64,000 bases of DNA. Source: Ylistrum balloti (taxonomy: Eukaryota). Position numbers and translations under genes: made by a program. The stretch spans positions 620,001 to 684,000 of the forward strand of contig NW_026782083.1 in assembly GCF_031769215.1 (NCBI RefSeq). The letters run 5' to 3'. Below, one piece after another: positions 1 through 12,850 of this stretch; position 1 is the first letter of the stretch, and every line of letters begins with the position of its first letter. The notes under the pieces are model-generated. The model was not told the DNA's origin. It was given only the letters and a program-made list of their open reading frames with translations, and searched no databases.

Positions 1-2660
1 GGGGGTAGTAGTTACACTACAATAGTACACGTAAGTATAACACACATCAGTGGGGGTAGTAGTTACACTACAAAGTTACACGTAAGTATAACACACATCA
101 GTGGGGGTAGTAGTTACACTACAATATTACACGTAAGTATAACACACATCAGTGGGGGTAGTAGTTACACTGGAATTTTACACGTAAGTATAACACACAT
201 CAGTGGGGGTAGTAGTTACACTGGAATGTTACACGTAAGTATAACACACATCAGTGGGGGTAGTAGTTACACTGGAATGTTACACGTAAGTATAACACAC
301 ATCAGTGGGGGTAGTAGTTACACTGGAATGTTACACGTAAGTATAACACACATCAGTGGGGGTAGTAGTTACACTGGAATGTTACACGTAAGTATAACAC
401 ACATCAGTGGGGGTAGTAGTTACACAGGAACGTTACACGTAAGTATAACACACATCAGTGGGGGTACAATGACACTGGAATGTTACACGTAAGTATAACA
501 CACATCAGTGGGGGTAGTAGTTACACTACAATAGTACACGTAAGTATAACACACATCAGTGGGGGTAGTAGTTACAGTTACACGTAAGTATAACACACAT
601 AGTTACACTGGAACGTTACAGTAAGTATAACACACATCAGTGGGGGTAGTAGTTACACTGGAATAGTAGTTACACGTACACGTAAGTATAACACACATCA
701 GTAGTAGGGGTAGTAGTTAACACACATCAGGAATGTTACACGTAAGTATAACACACAGTTGTTACACGTAAGTATAACACACATCAGTGGGGGTAGTAGT
801 TACACTACAATAGTACACGTAAGTATAACACACATCAGTGGGGGTACAATGACACTGGAATGTTACACGTAAGTATAACACACATCAGTGGGGGTAGTAG
901 TTACACAGGAACGTTACACGTAAGTATAACACACATCAGTACAGTAAGTATAACACACACACTACAATAGTACACGTAAGTATAACACAGTAGTTACACT
1001 ACAATAGTACACGTAAGTATAACACACATCAGTGGGGGTAGTAGTTACACTACAATAGTACACGTAAGTATAACACACATCAGTGGGGGTAGTAGTTACA
1101 CAGGAACGTTACACGTAAGTATAACACACATCAGTGGGGGTAGTAGTTACACTACAATAGTACACGTAAGTATAACACACATCAGTGGGGGTAGTAGTTA
1201 CACTACAATAGTACACGTAAGTATAACACACATCAGTAGGGGTAGTAGTTACACAGGAACGTTACACGTAAGTATACACTGGAATGTTACACGTAAGTAT
1301 AACACACATCAGTGGGGGTAGTAGTTACACTACAATAGTACACGTAAGTATAACACACATCAGTAGGGGTAGTAGTTACACTACAATAGTACACGTAAGT
1401 ATAACACACATCAGTGGGGGTACAATGACACTGGAATGTTACACGTAAGTATAACACACATCAGTGGGGGTAGTAGTTACACTACAATAGTACACGTAAG
1501 TATAACACACATCAGTGGGGGTAGTAGTTACACTACAATAGTACACGTAAGTATAACACACATCAGTGGGGGTAGTAGTTACACGTAAGTATAACACACG
1601 TAAGTATAACACACATCAGTGGGGGTAGTAGTTACACTGGAATGTTACACGTAAGTATAACACACATCAGTGGGGGTAGTAGTTACACTGGAATGTTACA
1701 CGTAAGTATAACACACATCAGTGGGGGTAGTAGTTACACAGGAACGTTACACGTAAGTATAACACACATCAGTAGGGGTACAATGACACTGGAATGTTAC
1801 ACGTAAGTATAACACACATCAGTGGGGGTAGTAGTTACACTACAATAGTACACGTAAGTATAACACACATCAGTGGGGGTAGTAGTTACACTACAATAGT
1901 ACACGTAAGTATAACACACATCAGTGGTGGTAGTAGTTACACTGGAATGTTACACGTAAGTATAACACACATCAGTAGGGGTAGTAGTTACACAGGAATG
2001 TTACACGTAATTATAACACACATCAGTAGGGGTAGTAGTTACACAGGAATGTTACACGTAATTATAACACACATCAGTGGAGGTAGTAGTTACACTGGAA
2101 TGTTAGATGTAAGTATAACGTACATCAGTGGGGGTACTAGTTACACTGGAATGTTACACGTAAGTATAACACACATCAGTGGGGGTAGTAGTTACACTGG
2201 AATGTTACACGTAAGTATAACATACATCAGTGGGGGTAGTAGTTACACTGGAATGTTACACGTAAGTATAACACACATCAGTGAGGGTAGTAGTTACACT
2301 GGAATGTTACACGTAAGTATAACACACATCAGTAGGGGCAATAGTTACACTGGAATGTTACACGTAAGTATAACACACATCAGTGGGGGTAGTAGTTACA
2401 CTGGAATGTTACACGTAAGTATAACACACATCAGTGGAGGTAGTAGTTACACTGGAATGTTACACGTAAGTATAACACACATCAGTAGGGGTAGTAGGTA
2501 CACTGGAATGTTACACGTAAGTATAACACACATCAGTGGGGGTACTAGTTACACTGGAATGTTACACGTAAGTATAACACACATCAGTGGGGGTACTAGT
2601 GACACTGGAATGGTATACGGAAGTATAACTCACATCAATGGCGATATTTGTGGCACGTAA
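1..2660 (+). repeat. 51-bp minisatellite (about 52 units, runs off the window start) in the last intron of SLC1A paralog A; unit = exon 3' end + GTAAGT donor + intron start
   Basis: Unit acactggaatgttacac-GTAAGT-ataacacacatcagtgggggtagtagtt, which translates as the 17-aa repeat MLHVSITHISGGSSYTG in the ORF track. Variant units (tacaatagt, aggaacgt, tacaatgac) and broken units at about 560-1000 are visible. The same unit follows exon 10 of paralog B at 25386-25545. Confidence 0.97.
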
Positions 2661-2789
2661 TGACAACGAAATTTCATTTTCTTCACGTTAAGATATAATT
2701 AACTTAGGGAAGCGGTCGTTTTAAACAGGATGTGTTTCGCGATACTTTTTATGGGAGATTTTAGTGATCTTTTGGGAGAGTATACAGTC

Positions 2790-3720
2790 GCCGTCTCGCC
2801 CGTCCTTTTATGTCCAGAGAATAACTTTGCCTACAGTAAAGCTAGGATCATGTTGTATACAATGGTTATACAAAGGTAAGGTGCAGTGTACAAATTTCAG
2901 GGCAAGAACCTCATTAATTACATAGTTACTGTCCTTGGGTGAAATTTCATGTCCAGAGATTAATTATAAATTGGTTTAATTTCACCCAGGATAATGAAAC
3001 TGAATGTATACATTGATTACGATTCCATTGTTTACAAACAATAGTTGTTTACAAGCAAGAGGCTTGAACAACAGGCAATGCCTTTAGTAGAACTCTCCTA
3101 ACAGAAAAACACACATTGAACATATAGAGTACTTAATTTAGACATAGGGTTTGTTACACAACATTTAAATATTCATCGCTAGCCATAAATATATGGGAGA
3201 TAACTGCTAGAAGCATAATTTTTACCACCTAAGGTAATTAGTAGGATCCTCAGTGTTGCACAGTAAAAATCCAAGAACACCAACACAGATTCTGATCACT
3301 AATATCCCTTAGTCAGTTATTGATCATTCTAAGAAGATGTGCATTATACCAAATTCAGGGTCCTTAACCCCTCGTTTATAGCGTTATTGCGTTTTGCTTA
3401 AAAAAAATCTTGTCAGAAGTGTAACTTTGCTTGTATTAAAACTGGGAGGATGTGTAGTGTAACAAACACAGGGCCTGCAACCCCTTGATTACAGAATTAT
3501 TGCCCCCTGTTTTAACCTTTTGTGTCCAGGACATAACTTTGCTTTTATTCAAGCTAGGGCAATGAAACTAGGTATATACATTGGTCATACTAAGAGGATG
3601 TGCAATGTATCAAATTAAGTACCTTCAACCCTTTCATTATAGAATTAGTGCTTATCGTTAAAAGTTCGTGTCCAATAATGTCCTTTTCGGCCAATCATCA
3701 CTTTCACATACACTCTTATT
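2790..3720 (-). mobile_element. Degenerate non-autonomous interspersed element with internally repeated modules (Helitron/Helentron-associated type), intronic; paralogous copy at about 25760-26800
   Basis: Recurrent modules gtccagagataactttgc, gaattattgccc and gatgtgcagtgtac. The reverse complement of the aaagggcaataactc module occurs in the element at 53232-53580. Family assignment is by resemblance only. Confidence 0.45.
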
Positions 3721-3797
3721 ATAGGATCAAGATATCAGCCTAAAGTATATACAACCGTTATCGCATTTTTTAAATTTAAAATTCGTTTATTTCTCAG

Positions 3798-3933
3798 AGA
3801 TCGGATGCGGACGTCATGTAATATGTTACATATGGTAACGTGTACTATCGTGGTGGACAAACTGTGTGCTCCACAGCTACGGGGGCTTAAATCGATCAGG
3901 AAGGATGATGTTGATGAGACAGGACGTGCATAA
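3798..3933 (+). CDS. SLC1A: Terminal coding exon of SLC1A-family (excitatory amino acid transporter-like) paralog A: TM8 and C-tail
   Basis: Acceptor atttctcag|A, then GAT CGG ATG CGG ACG... = DRMRTSCNMLHMVTCTIVVDKLCAPQLRGLKSIRKDDVDETGRA* (TAA 3931-3933). This aligns to the SLC1A TM8 motif DRLRTTTNV. 4 mismatches in 83 nt versus exon 11 of paralog B. Upstream exons lie before the window. Confidence 0.88.
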
Positions 3934-4289
3934 TAACAAAAGCACTTATTCATATGATATTTATATATTTACTGATATTTTGTATTGATGTAGCAAACGA
4001 AATCAAAAGGCTGGATTATCATATTACAGAGGAAATGTCCTTTTTCTGTATTTCCAATTGCTTTGAAGCTTTTTTTTTTAATTTTAAATGCTTTATTTTT
4101 GTACGGTTTAAAGCAAGCAATTATATCTAAGAACTGTGATTGACATTTTCAGATTTAAGATCGTTTTATGAGAAATCTATTATCAAAATGGAATTATTTT
4201 TATTCGAAGAAATGTATTCACATTATGTATTGACTTCGATATGCATGTCCATTAGACACGCAACTGAATAGCACCTTGAAATACATGTT

Positions 4290-4550
4290 TAGACTAAGAT
4301 ATAATACAGCCAAACGATGAATGAAACTATTACTCAACTATCACGTGTAGAACTTGTGAGTGATGTCAGTGGCCTCAACTTCCACTACTTATACGAGATT
4401 ATCTTGTCACGTAATGACTTTGATAGTTTTCAACTGCTAATTTCTGGTTACCTCCCCTTTGACCACACAACTGTTTTCTAAACGGATAAAAAGTTGATCG
4501 AATTATCTGTTGGCAGCATTCAGCAAATATATAGGACCTGTTGAATTTTC
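4290..4550 (+). repeat. Interspersed repeat fragment, second copy at about 23470-23830
   Basis: Shared runs such as cacaactgttttctaaac.gataaaaa..tgatcgaattatctgtt and gcattcagcaaatatataggacctgttgaattt at both sites. Confidence 0.75.
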
Positions 4551-5149
4551 TCGCATTATCTATTTTATTATGCTAAGATTGCTTGGCAGTGTCTACCTAT
4601 GTATATGAGGTTTTGTTAGGCGTAACATCTCAATAGTGTTACGCATGAACAAGTACATAAAGCTAGAACCAAATGTCCACTTGCTGGTTCGGAGGATTGG
4701 CCTTGATAGAAATTTTCGATGATGAAAATGACTAGATGGCGTGCCGTGCTTTGGTGTACAGGTGACCTGCTAATGTCACATGACTTTGGTTTATATGAAA
4801 GTTTCTACAGTCATGAGATTCTATATAATATATCAGATATAACATACTCTCAAACAACATATTTATTTTCGATATCAAACTGTCGCGAAAATCAATCGTT
4901 GCAAGAACATGTTGACTAAATAACATAAGAATACATCGCAGAGAAAAGTCGTGAATATGCGAGATAACATAAAATAGTTGGAAACATTAGACATCTTACA
5001 TGTTTATCTCCATAGTCTTATATTACTGTAGCGCATTAGAATGGAGGTATTACCTATACACGATGCATAGTGCATAGATTTCTGCCAACAAAGTATGAAC
5101 TGCTTTATAGAGTCATAGTTTGTTTTTAAACGTAGGAGCATCTAAATTT

Positions 5150-7030
5150 GGTAATGAGTGACGTCCGTCAATGAATCTTTCATCACGAGAACCTCCTGTT
5201 TGCTGGTGATTACTGAACATGACATCGTCCCATTATCAAAAGATATCATAAGCTATCTTACGTTATCATTGTTTCCAAAGTTCAAGGGTATGCCATTCGT
5301 GTCATTCACTTACATAAATTGTCCTGTGTCATATTTAACCGTGTGGTCGCCGATGTTTAGATGCTATTCTGTAAAGGTTGGTATTTTTGTTGGGTTCTTC
5401 TATCGCAATTTTCGATTATGGCATGAAATCGAGAAAAATACTTCAAACATAACCTAGATAGAGAAAAGAATACATCATTTGATGACTTCCGTGAAACGTG
5501 AATCCCTTTTTGGTTCATCCACGTAATTTGAACCATTAAAAATGACATTAGCGAGTAGGTAGCTGGTAAGTACTAATTGAATGATCTTAATCTGTTGACC
5601 TTTCGGTCATTTCTTCTCCCGTACTTCGTATCTATGTTAAGCAGTATTTTGTCCTCTTGTGTTCCTCCGAAGACTGATATACCTAATAGAAGTATATTTT
5701 TCTCCCTTACTTCATATTGTCGTTTATCAGTGTCGCATCACTTCGTATAAGAGGTTATTTTTAACGAAAGACATATACAGCTTACCTCAGTGCCGTCCTA
5801 AAACAATACCAATAAGGACAGTTTACCACCAATCTGCATGATAAACGTGACGATTTCATCATCCGTACTGTTAGATATCCATATCTTGATAACGGCATTT
5901 GGAATCGCCAGTCTATTGTGTTTAGATTGTGTTGTTGATTCGATATCCAAAGGTTTCGAGAGATACCGGCTTATGAAGATTATTGGGAAGTTTAACAGTA
6001 CATAATAATCTTTCTTGTGCGATATGAAATTGGACGTGTTTGGTCCTCGTTAATGTGTTTGGAAGTTCCGTTGCTGTTTACCTTGATCTCATTTGATAAT
6101 ATGACAAGACGTCCCTTTATAAAGATTTACATGGCGATTTTCGCCGTTGAATCAGAAACTCTTAAACCTTCCGGAACATCTGGTCTTTTTCTGTTTGTAA
6201 TTTTTAGGAGTCACCGTTGTTCACATTTTGCGCTAGTCTCATCGAATTTGATTTGAAACAAGATTTTGGTGACATACCGGTATTTTCTTTGATGTTTCCT
6301 AATACCTGCAGTTAAGTATATTTGGGCTATCTCTATTTTTTCTTGATAGTTATATGTCAGCACACTCCTTGTGGAGTGATCGTTGGCTCCAAAAGCGCGG
6401 ACGACATACAACTTTTAATACTGACAAAATATCTTATTGTCCATTTAGGCTCCCGTAATCATTATTGAAAATCAGAAGCCAGGGCACTTGCTCACAACTA
6501 CATATACACTTAAGTAGCATATCTTATTGTGTATGCTGTTCAGAAGCCAATTTTTTTTACAAGAGTTGTCTCCCCTTATCAGATCATTACATTTTTGATG
6601 ACCATTAATGTCTGCATGTCATGTATCAATTATATTCCTATCTGTAGACGTGAGTTTTGGTGACATTCCACTCCAGGTGACGGATTGCTGACTGGCTAAT
6701 TCCAAAGGTTGGAATTTCTTTATCGATACTGGCTCATTTATGGGGAAATTAACCTGTCATATGGTACTACTTACAAGGTTACCAGTCCATTTCACATGAA
6801 CAGGAATAATAACTGCAATTAATCAGGGATAGATATATTACTCCTTTTATTGATTTTTACTCTCTTTTCATAAATTATCACAGAGAAACTGATACTTTCA
6901 GTGATAGCATTGCGTCACTAACTGTCCATTACACATTTTGGCAGAAGTTTTAGTCTGTTTTGGTCATTTAATTTTTTTCTGTCATATTATAACTGCAACC
7001 AGAATACTGAGTAATGTATTTCCTGTGCTG
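5150..7030 (-). pseudogene. Unidentified multi-exon pseudogene fragment (possible single-pass membrane protein), antisense and downstream of SLC1A-A
   Basis: Minus-strand AG/GT-bounded segments 6305-5786, 5682-5600 and 5368-5314 join in consistent phase. They read VLGNIKENTGMSPKSC...HADWW*TVLIGIVLG, GISVFGGTQEDKILLNIDTKYGRRNDRK and NSI*TSATTRLNMTQDNL. There are further segments at about 6830-6575 and about 7020-6925 (GNTLLSILVAVII*QKKIK). Many in-frame stops; family not recognised. Confidence 0.5.
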
Positions 7031-9584
7031 TCTTGATTTTAATTGAATCTTTAACTTCGTGATCAACACAACAATGATTATTGATACAATAAAAACTCAA
7101 TATAACATTATTCTAATCAACAACTAACAATATACATAAGACTGTATTTTGAAAATGTTTTATAAAGTAACTGACTGGAGCTGTAGTGGGAACGTTTTTC
7201 CCCAGTGGATCCTGACACTCGCTACATATGTCACCATTGCATATATTACGTCAAAAGGAACCGCAAAATATAAATAGATACATAGATAATAGATATAAAT
7301 AGGCTGTAGAAATAATGGTATCACATAGCTGGTACAGATAGAAGTTCAGCTGATTTTTAGTGATAATCCTATCTTAATCTTACATCCACATAGCTAAATG
7401 ACAGGCACATGTTCAACATTACGTGGAATGTGCGTGCGTTCGCACATTGCCAGTCTCGTGCAACAGAGCAACCAGACAAAATGGAACTGCACGACATATC
7501 TGGGTAAGCTTTTACACTTTTACCTAATATTTTGTGACAGCTTTTGAACGTGTTATAGCCTGTCACTGGAATTCCTAGACAGTTGAAAATATAAACTTGA
7601 AATCATTGGAAGGATGGCTGTATTGAATTTCCCAGATAACAATGAAATATGAGCCAGAGTAATAATATTATAATATGGAATCTTTCTCATGACCCTTGGC
7701 TATATTTAACAAATACAATATGTTCTGTTGTAACAAAACTAGACACACATTTTTAACATTTATTCAAGCTAGGTCAAAAAATTTAAACTCTGTTTCCGTT
7801 AATTAGCAATTTATTAAGTATTGCCAAGATCAGCATCATGTACATAATGATTTTGATAATATAAACCAAAGAATAAGGCAAAAAGCTGAGAAAAATGTAA
7901 AATGCAAAATACATAATAATGACACGCAAACGAAACGCAACCTCCAATTCAATGTCAATAATGGTGATATCAACGAACTATTGTTAATAACTTTTAATAG
8001 CAGTGTGTTATCAAATAGAGAATATCTTAGTATCGTCAATAGGTTCTATAAATCAAATACTTTGGAAAAAAATGATAAAAAGAATTACAAAAAATTACAG
8101 ATTGTGTTAATTCAATATATTTTTACACGTGCATATTATGTGTCAAGAGACAGCCAGTGGTACACACAGACACAAATACAAAACGGTAGGCAATACATTA
8201 TGAACTGAAATTATATTACACTAATGTTGTTGAAATCTGGATTTACAATCATGATTAATTATCGAAATTTTTCTCCTCGAAACATATAAGCGATGATGTT
8301 TGTGCTAAAAATGACAGAGGGGCAGGTACAAATACTACTTATGATTTGTAATTTAAATGAGCTTTCAGCTTTGTTGATCGAATTAAACTCTTGCTGATGA
8401 ACTCTTTGAAATTACACTTAGTATTTCCTTTCATGGTCATCCAAAACTTTCCACCTATTTTGTAATGGCCATCACGATGGAATCCGTATAGATTTGTCCT
8501 CGTACATACCTTTGCCGCTAGTCTCGCGAGAGTTTAGTTTTCGGTAGATTTAATCTTAAAATCAAAATTATGGAAATTTAAAACTTTTTCAAACAAAGTA
8601 GCAATCAGCCACGTCTTTGGAATGTAAGACACACACCCGAACCCACGCGAAATTAGGTGAAGTGAAGATTATATATTTTTGCGAGCCTTGATATATCATA
8701 CAAAATGAAAACACTAATTTAATATCCTATATACCAGTATAGCCTACTGCACGTCGGTATAAAGTGCATTGTAAACATACAGAAAGAGATGCACTCTTAA
8801 GTTTGATTATCAACTAATTCCACAAATATCTAATGAGGCAGCTGTGACCTGAATGACTGATTGCTTTGCACAGCATATCTTCTAAAGTAATAATAAGAGA
8901 CTTTTAAAAAGACTATAAACATATCTCTTAACGATTCGAAAATTTCGACGCCACAAAATCATGGAAGAAGAATAAGTATAATAATGTTAAGAAACAGAAC
9001 AATAGCAATATGTCTTTTCACCAGTTGGTAAAAGGCCCTGATTAATCTATAATAGTAAATCTCCAAAATGATTTTAGAAGTCTAATGATCGAAGTGAGGT
9101 TGCACTATCACCGGTTTTGATTTATTTTACTGATAGTAACTTTCTTGCAATTTTACATATCTAACTATTATTGTATTGTATTAATGTGTATAAATTATTT
9201 AACTGTTTTGTCATACTTGAGCGGTAATAAAATCATAGATGATCAAGCATCACTGAAATTGAGTTACAAATGTTCTATCATTACTACTGGGTAAAAGAAA
9301 GGTATATAAAGGTATGATAAGCTTATTTGAATATTCATAGTATTACAATTACATATTTTACAAATGAACACGGGCTGGGATCTCAAAGACTAAGCGGTTT
9401 GTTGTACATTATAGATAAACAGTCTGTTGTAGAGTTTCAATAAACAGTATTTTATAAAGTATATATAAGGAGACAAAACAGTAGGGACATAAGCCCTAAC
9501 TAATAAAGGGTAGGTCCCAGTCCCCTGCGACATAAGAGGGGGGGGGGGGGGGCAGTAGGGAAAATAGAACATTTTAAGCTCACC

Positions 9585-9830
9585 ACCAGATCTGCCAAGA
9601 TGAGCTCTTCGGATCCTAAGATGAAGGGGTATCAAGTTTGTATAAACGGTGTATCTGATTTGCTTTGGACAAGGAGGAGGGGCTCAATAGGGAAATATAT
9701 ATATAAATCTTTTCTACATTCTATTAATATTAAATTACTCCTTTCTTTCCCAAGTGATACTTCATACCATTTGGTCAAAATCTGCTCTGCTCTGTAAGCT
9801 CGCCGGTCCTTCAGATGAGGTGAACTATAA
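9585..9830. mobile_element. Short non-autonomous element (MITE/Helentron-associated-like)
   Basis: Palindromic left end agctcacc...gatgagct and a related right end gctcgcc...tcagatgaggtgaactataa. The motif class resembles the end of the 31700-32610 element. Confidence 0.35.
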
Positions 9831-10149
9831 ATGATCAAAAGAAATGTGAAAATCTAGATAGGAAGATGCACCAACCCCATAATTCGATAAATTTTCTAAT
9901 CATTCTGAAGAACTAAGACGCCCTGGGTCATGATATTGAACCAGTAACATATTAGGATTAGTGACTGTAGTAGGACTGATAGTTTCTCTTTGTAAAATCG
10001 GAAAATAATACAGACATCAATCATGAAAAGAGAAATTAATTCTAATAGTTATAATCAATCCAATCATGTTATCTCTTTTAAGTGGAAGTGTATATGTTAT
10101 GGCAGTTATGTTTCATAGCAGTCTTGAGAACTCTATGAAGGCAGTTTGG

Positions 10150-10790
10150 TTGGTCCAATGTCATAAAAAATACTGTGATGATATATCCAATTCAAAGATC
10201 TCACTGAAAGTGCTTCCAACTACTTACAAAATAAAGAGCATGATGTATTTTAAAGGTTTCGGTTTGTCTCAATGGATTGCCTTTCTCACCAGGATGAGCG
10301 TCTTTAGTGGTTATTCAACAGGCACAGTAAAATAGTAAAATATACGCACCTAACCGAATTGTCTTCTCTGGAGTAATACATAGATGGAGACATTAGGAAG
10401 CAGATCATTAACTGGAATCGATGAACAGTTTTTGTGATCATTTTTTATATAGACTTCGCGAGGCAGGAAGTCGAGCCAGGAACAAATTTTTGCTTATCTT
10501 TGTTCAGTGTTGGAATTTAAATGAGAAAGCTGGTATTATGATAATGCTCAATATAAAATACACAAATAAACAGAACAGAATGCCGTGAATGACCAGCACG
10601 ACATATTTGCATTTGCGCTCACAAACACCGCGCAGCAGCCAACAGTTCTCCCACTGTACTCTAGTATCAAGGGCCTGATTTCAACATGCACAATACAGGG
10701 GTGTCTCCTCCACCATTCTATTCATGACGGACACCAACATTGGCAGTCCATGTCACCTCCCCCGTCATCATCACCATCCTGATGCCATGA
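10150..10790 (+). mobile_element. Highly decayed non-LTR retrotransposon remnant (CR1/L2-group RT)
   Basis: Translation ...KISLKVLPTTYKIK...GLSQWIAFLTRMSVFSGYS resembles the RT segment KAFDKV.H..L..KL...G....WI..FL..R.Q.V...G..S. An RT..QHW.S.P-like C-terminal remnant lies near 10730-10760. Confidence 0.4.
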
Positions 10791-12399
10791 CGATATGTTG
10801 TGGTTTTTACATTAAGATGTGAACATCTATACTAATACGGTAAAGTACGTATGGATAGGATTAGATTGAGCCTCTGCAGAATTGTTTTTGTTTCAACCTG
10901 TCGAAGAGCGACAAATGAATGAGTTGACTGTTACCGGTGGTTCAATTGATTCAAAAAAAAAAAAGTTTTAAAATGATTTTTGGTTCATTCACTGTTTATT
11001 CTTGTTAAAAAAACCCTACAACAAATGAATACAATATTCACTTACTATATCACCCGTACACATCTAACGATCGCCTGGACATTCAAGGGACACAACTCGA
11101 ACATGACAATAATTTAGCATTAAAGCAATAAAAGTGACAAATATGCCAGACTAACCTTATCTAACGATTCTTGTCATAGATATAATTAAGATTATACAAT
11201 TTAGGCAACTATATATAATTTAACTAGTTATTTACTAATATAACAATGAAATACTTTATAATATAATTCCGAGTAACAAGCTTGGAAATTACACTTCCTT
11301 GCTGATATTGAATACAGCAAAATACATCAAAAATGAGATCAAATAATCTGAATACAAATGTACGTGAACTGTAAGAAGTATATTTCCTATTGTACGGGCT
11401 AATGGCGAGACACACCTGTATACGTCTCCTTCTGAACACCTGGCACTCACTATTAGCGAGGTTGCAGAGCCATGCGACGTCACTATGTGTTTATGTGAAT
11501 ACACTAGAATGACGCCACACAGATAGGACAAAAACGAAGGAAATATTGTGATGAAGAATATGTTCAAGCGTAAGTACCCACAAAGTGAATGATACATAAT
11601 CAATGGTATATCAATTTGTAAACCCCGTACTACTACCAAAGACTGGTGTTCTGGGCGGCCTTCTCATGTTCAATTTTCCTGGCCGATTTAAGGCAAGGAA
11701 GCCCATAGCTCTAATGATTCAGTTAAGAAATTAACTTCCTTGAAAATCTAGAAGGTTAGATTTTAACGCTAGTTATTTTTTATGTAGCTCGTAATTTTGA
11801 TTCAAAAATACGTAACTGCAATATTAAAATTTTAAGTCTATGTTCTATAAATAAATGTTATCAACAGAAAACATTTGCGTTGATTGATCATGGATGTGCG
11901 CAAAGCAGGTATCAGTTATTTATCTTAGTCTTACACATTGTTAATATGTGACCAAGCATCATCAAACCATAGCTTTCTTCTACTCAAGTTAATGGTGTAA
12001 AATAAGTCATTCCAAATTAATATTTAAAACTAACATGTCCTAACTGTGTAACTAATACAACTTTTGATTATAATGATTTTTAAACATGAGTCAGTGGCTT
12101 TGTTGTAGTTTTCTGGTCACCTGTATAATCTTCCTTGCAGTAGTTATAATCATGACACTAAACTTAATTTCAAAATAAACAAAATGCAATTAAAGTCACA
12201 GTGAAAAGAAAACAAAATTATATATACAAAATTTTTAATTTGTCGCACTGCTTTTTTTACCATATTTCCATATTATTTAGTTTAGTGTTGGAGAAGTTAA
12301 TCCAAAATTCACGACCAAACAGAAGGATTAGTAAAACTATCCATTTACATCCTGACACACTGGCACGGAATTCATTTCATTTTGTGAACTCGAATTGAG

Positions 12400-12850
12400 A
12401 TGAAGCTGTTCCGTTTCTTTCGTTTTTTATTAACTGATTCACACTTCGCTAGGTCGCTAGGTTTCGTCAATTCTAATGCCAGTAAGTATTTTAGAACTCT
12501 CAGTTTGAATTTATTCTTGCCTTAGCGAGATTTTACATTAGCCATAGTCCAGACGAAAGTGTAAAACTCTTGATACAGTTTAAGATCAGTATCTTTCTAA
12601 ACGGCAAGTTGTAGGCAATATCAAGGAGCTGTTGCCGCGCCGTATAACTTCCAGAAAAGACACGTGTATCATCAGCTAATGATATACAAGAAATATGTAT
12701 GTTTTCAATCAGCATTCCCTGGGTCGACTTGTATTATTCAATAAGCCCTTCACCGACTTCTTGTGTAGTAGGGTTCCGACATTTTCCAACCATACAGTAC
12801 CCTGGCTTTCAAAACTTGTAACGAGTTACGCAAAAGCCTCCACGTTTTTG
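12400..12850 (-). mobile_element. Non-LTR retrotransposon RT fragment (decayed LINE)
   Basis: KTWRLLRNSLQVLKARVLYG..SEPY followed by ISCISLADDTRVF...QQLLDIAY...LILNCIKS, i.e. the (Y)ADD catalytic motif and downstream N..KS; frameshifted. Confidence 0.7.

Larger units (their letters stand above)
2660..4227 (+). repeat. Segmental (tandem gene) duplication: paralogous to about 25600-27282
   Basis: Co-linear shared blocks, e.g. gatataattaacttagggaagcggtcg (about 2692) vs catataattaaccaagggaagtggttg (about 25633), the last exon, and the 3' flank. Similarity resumes at 7528-7660 vs 27283-27395 and 8208-8248 vs 28187-28225. Identity judged by eye: roughly 80-85% in introns, about 95% in the exon. 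Confidence 0.9.

Noticed and set aside
1-2660. CRISPR-like array, or the 288-aa/88-aa repeat proteins in the ORF track
   Set aside because: Units abut with no unique spacers, there are no cas genes, and the context is a eukaryotic intron. The ORFs are only the stop-free frame of a 51-bp repeat.
7392-7503. Plus-strand exon-like segment ending TGG|gtaagc
   Set aside because: Poor acceptor, no recognisable homology, and it lies after the paralog A stop codon.
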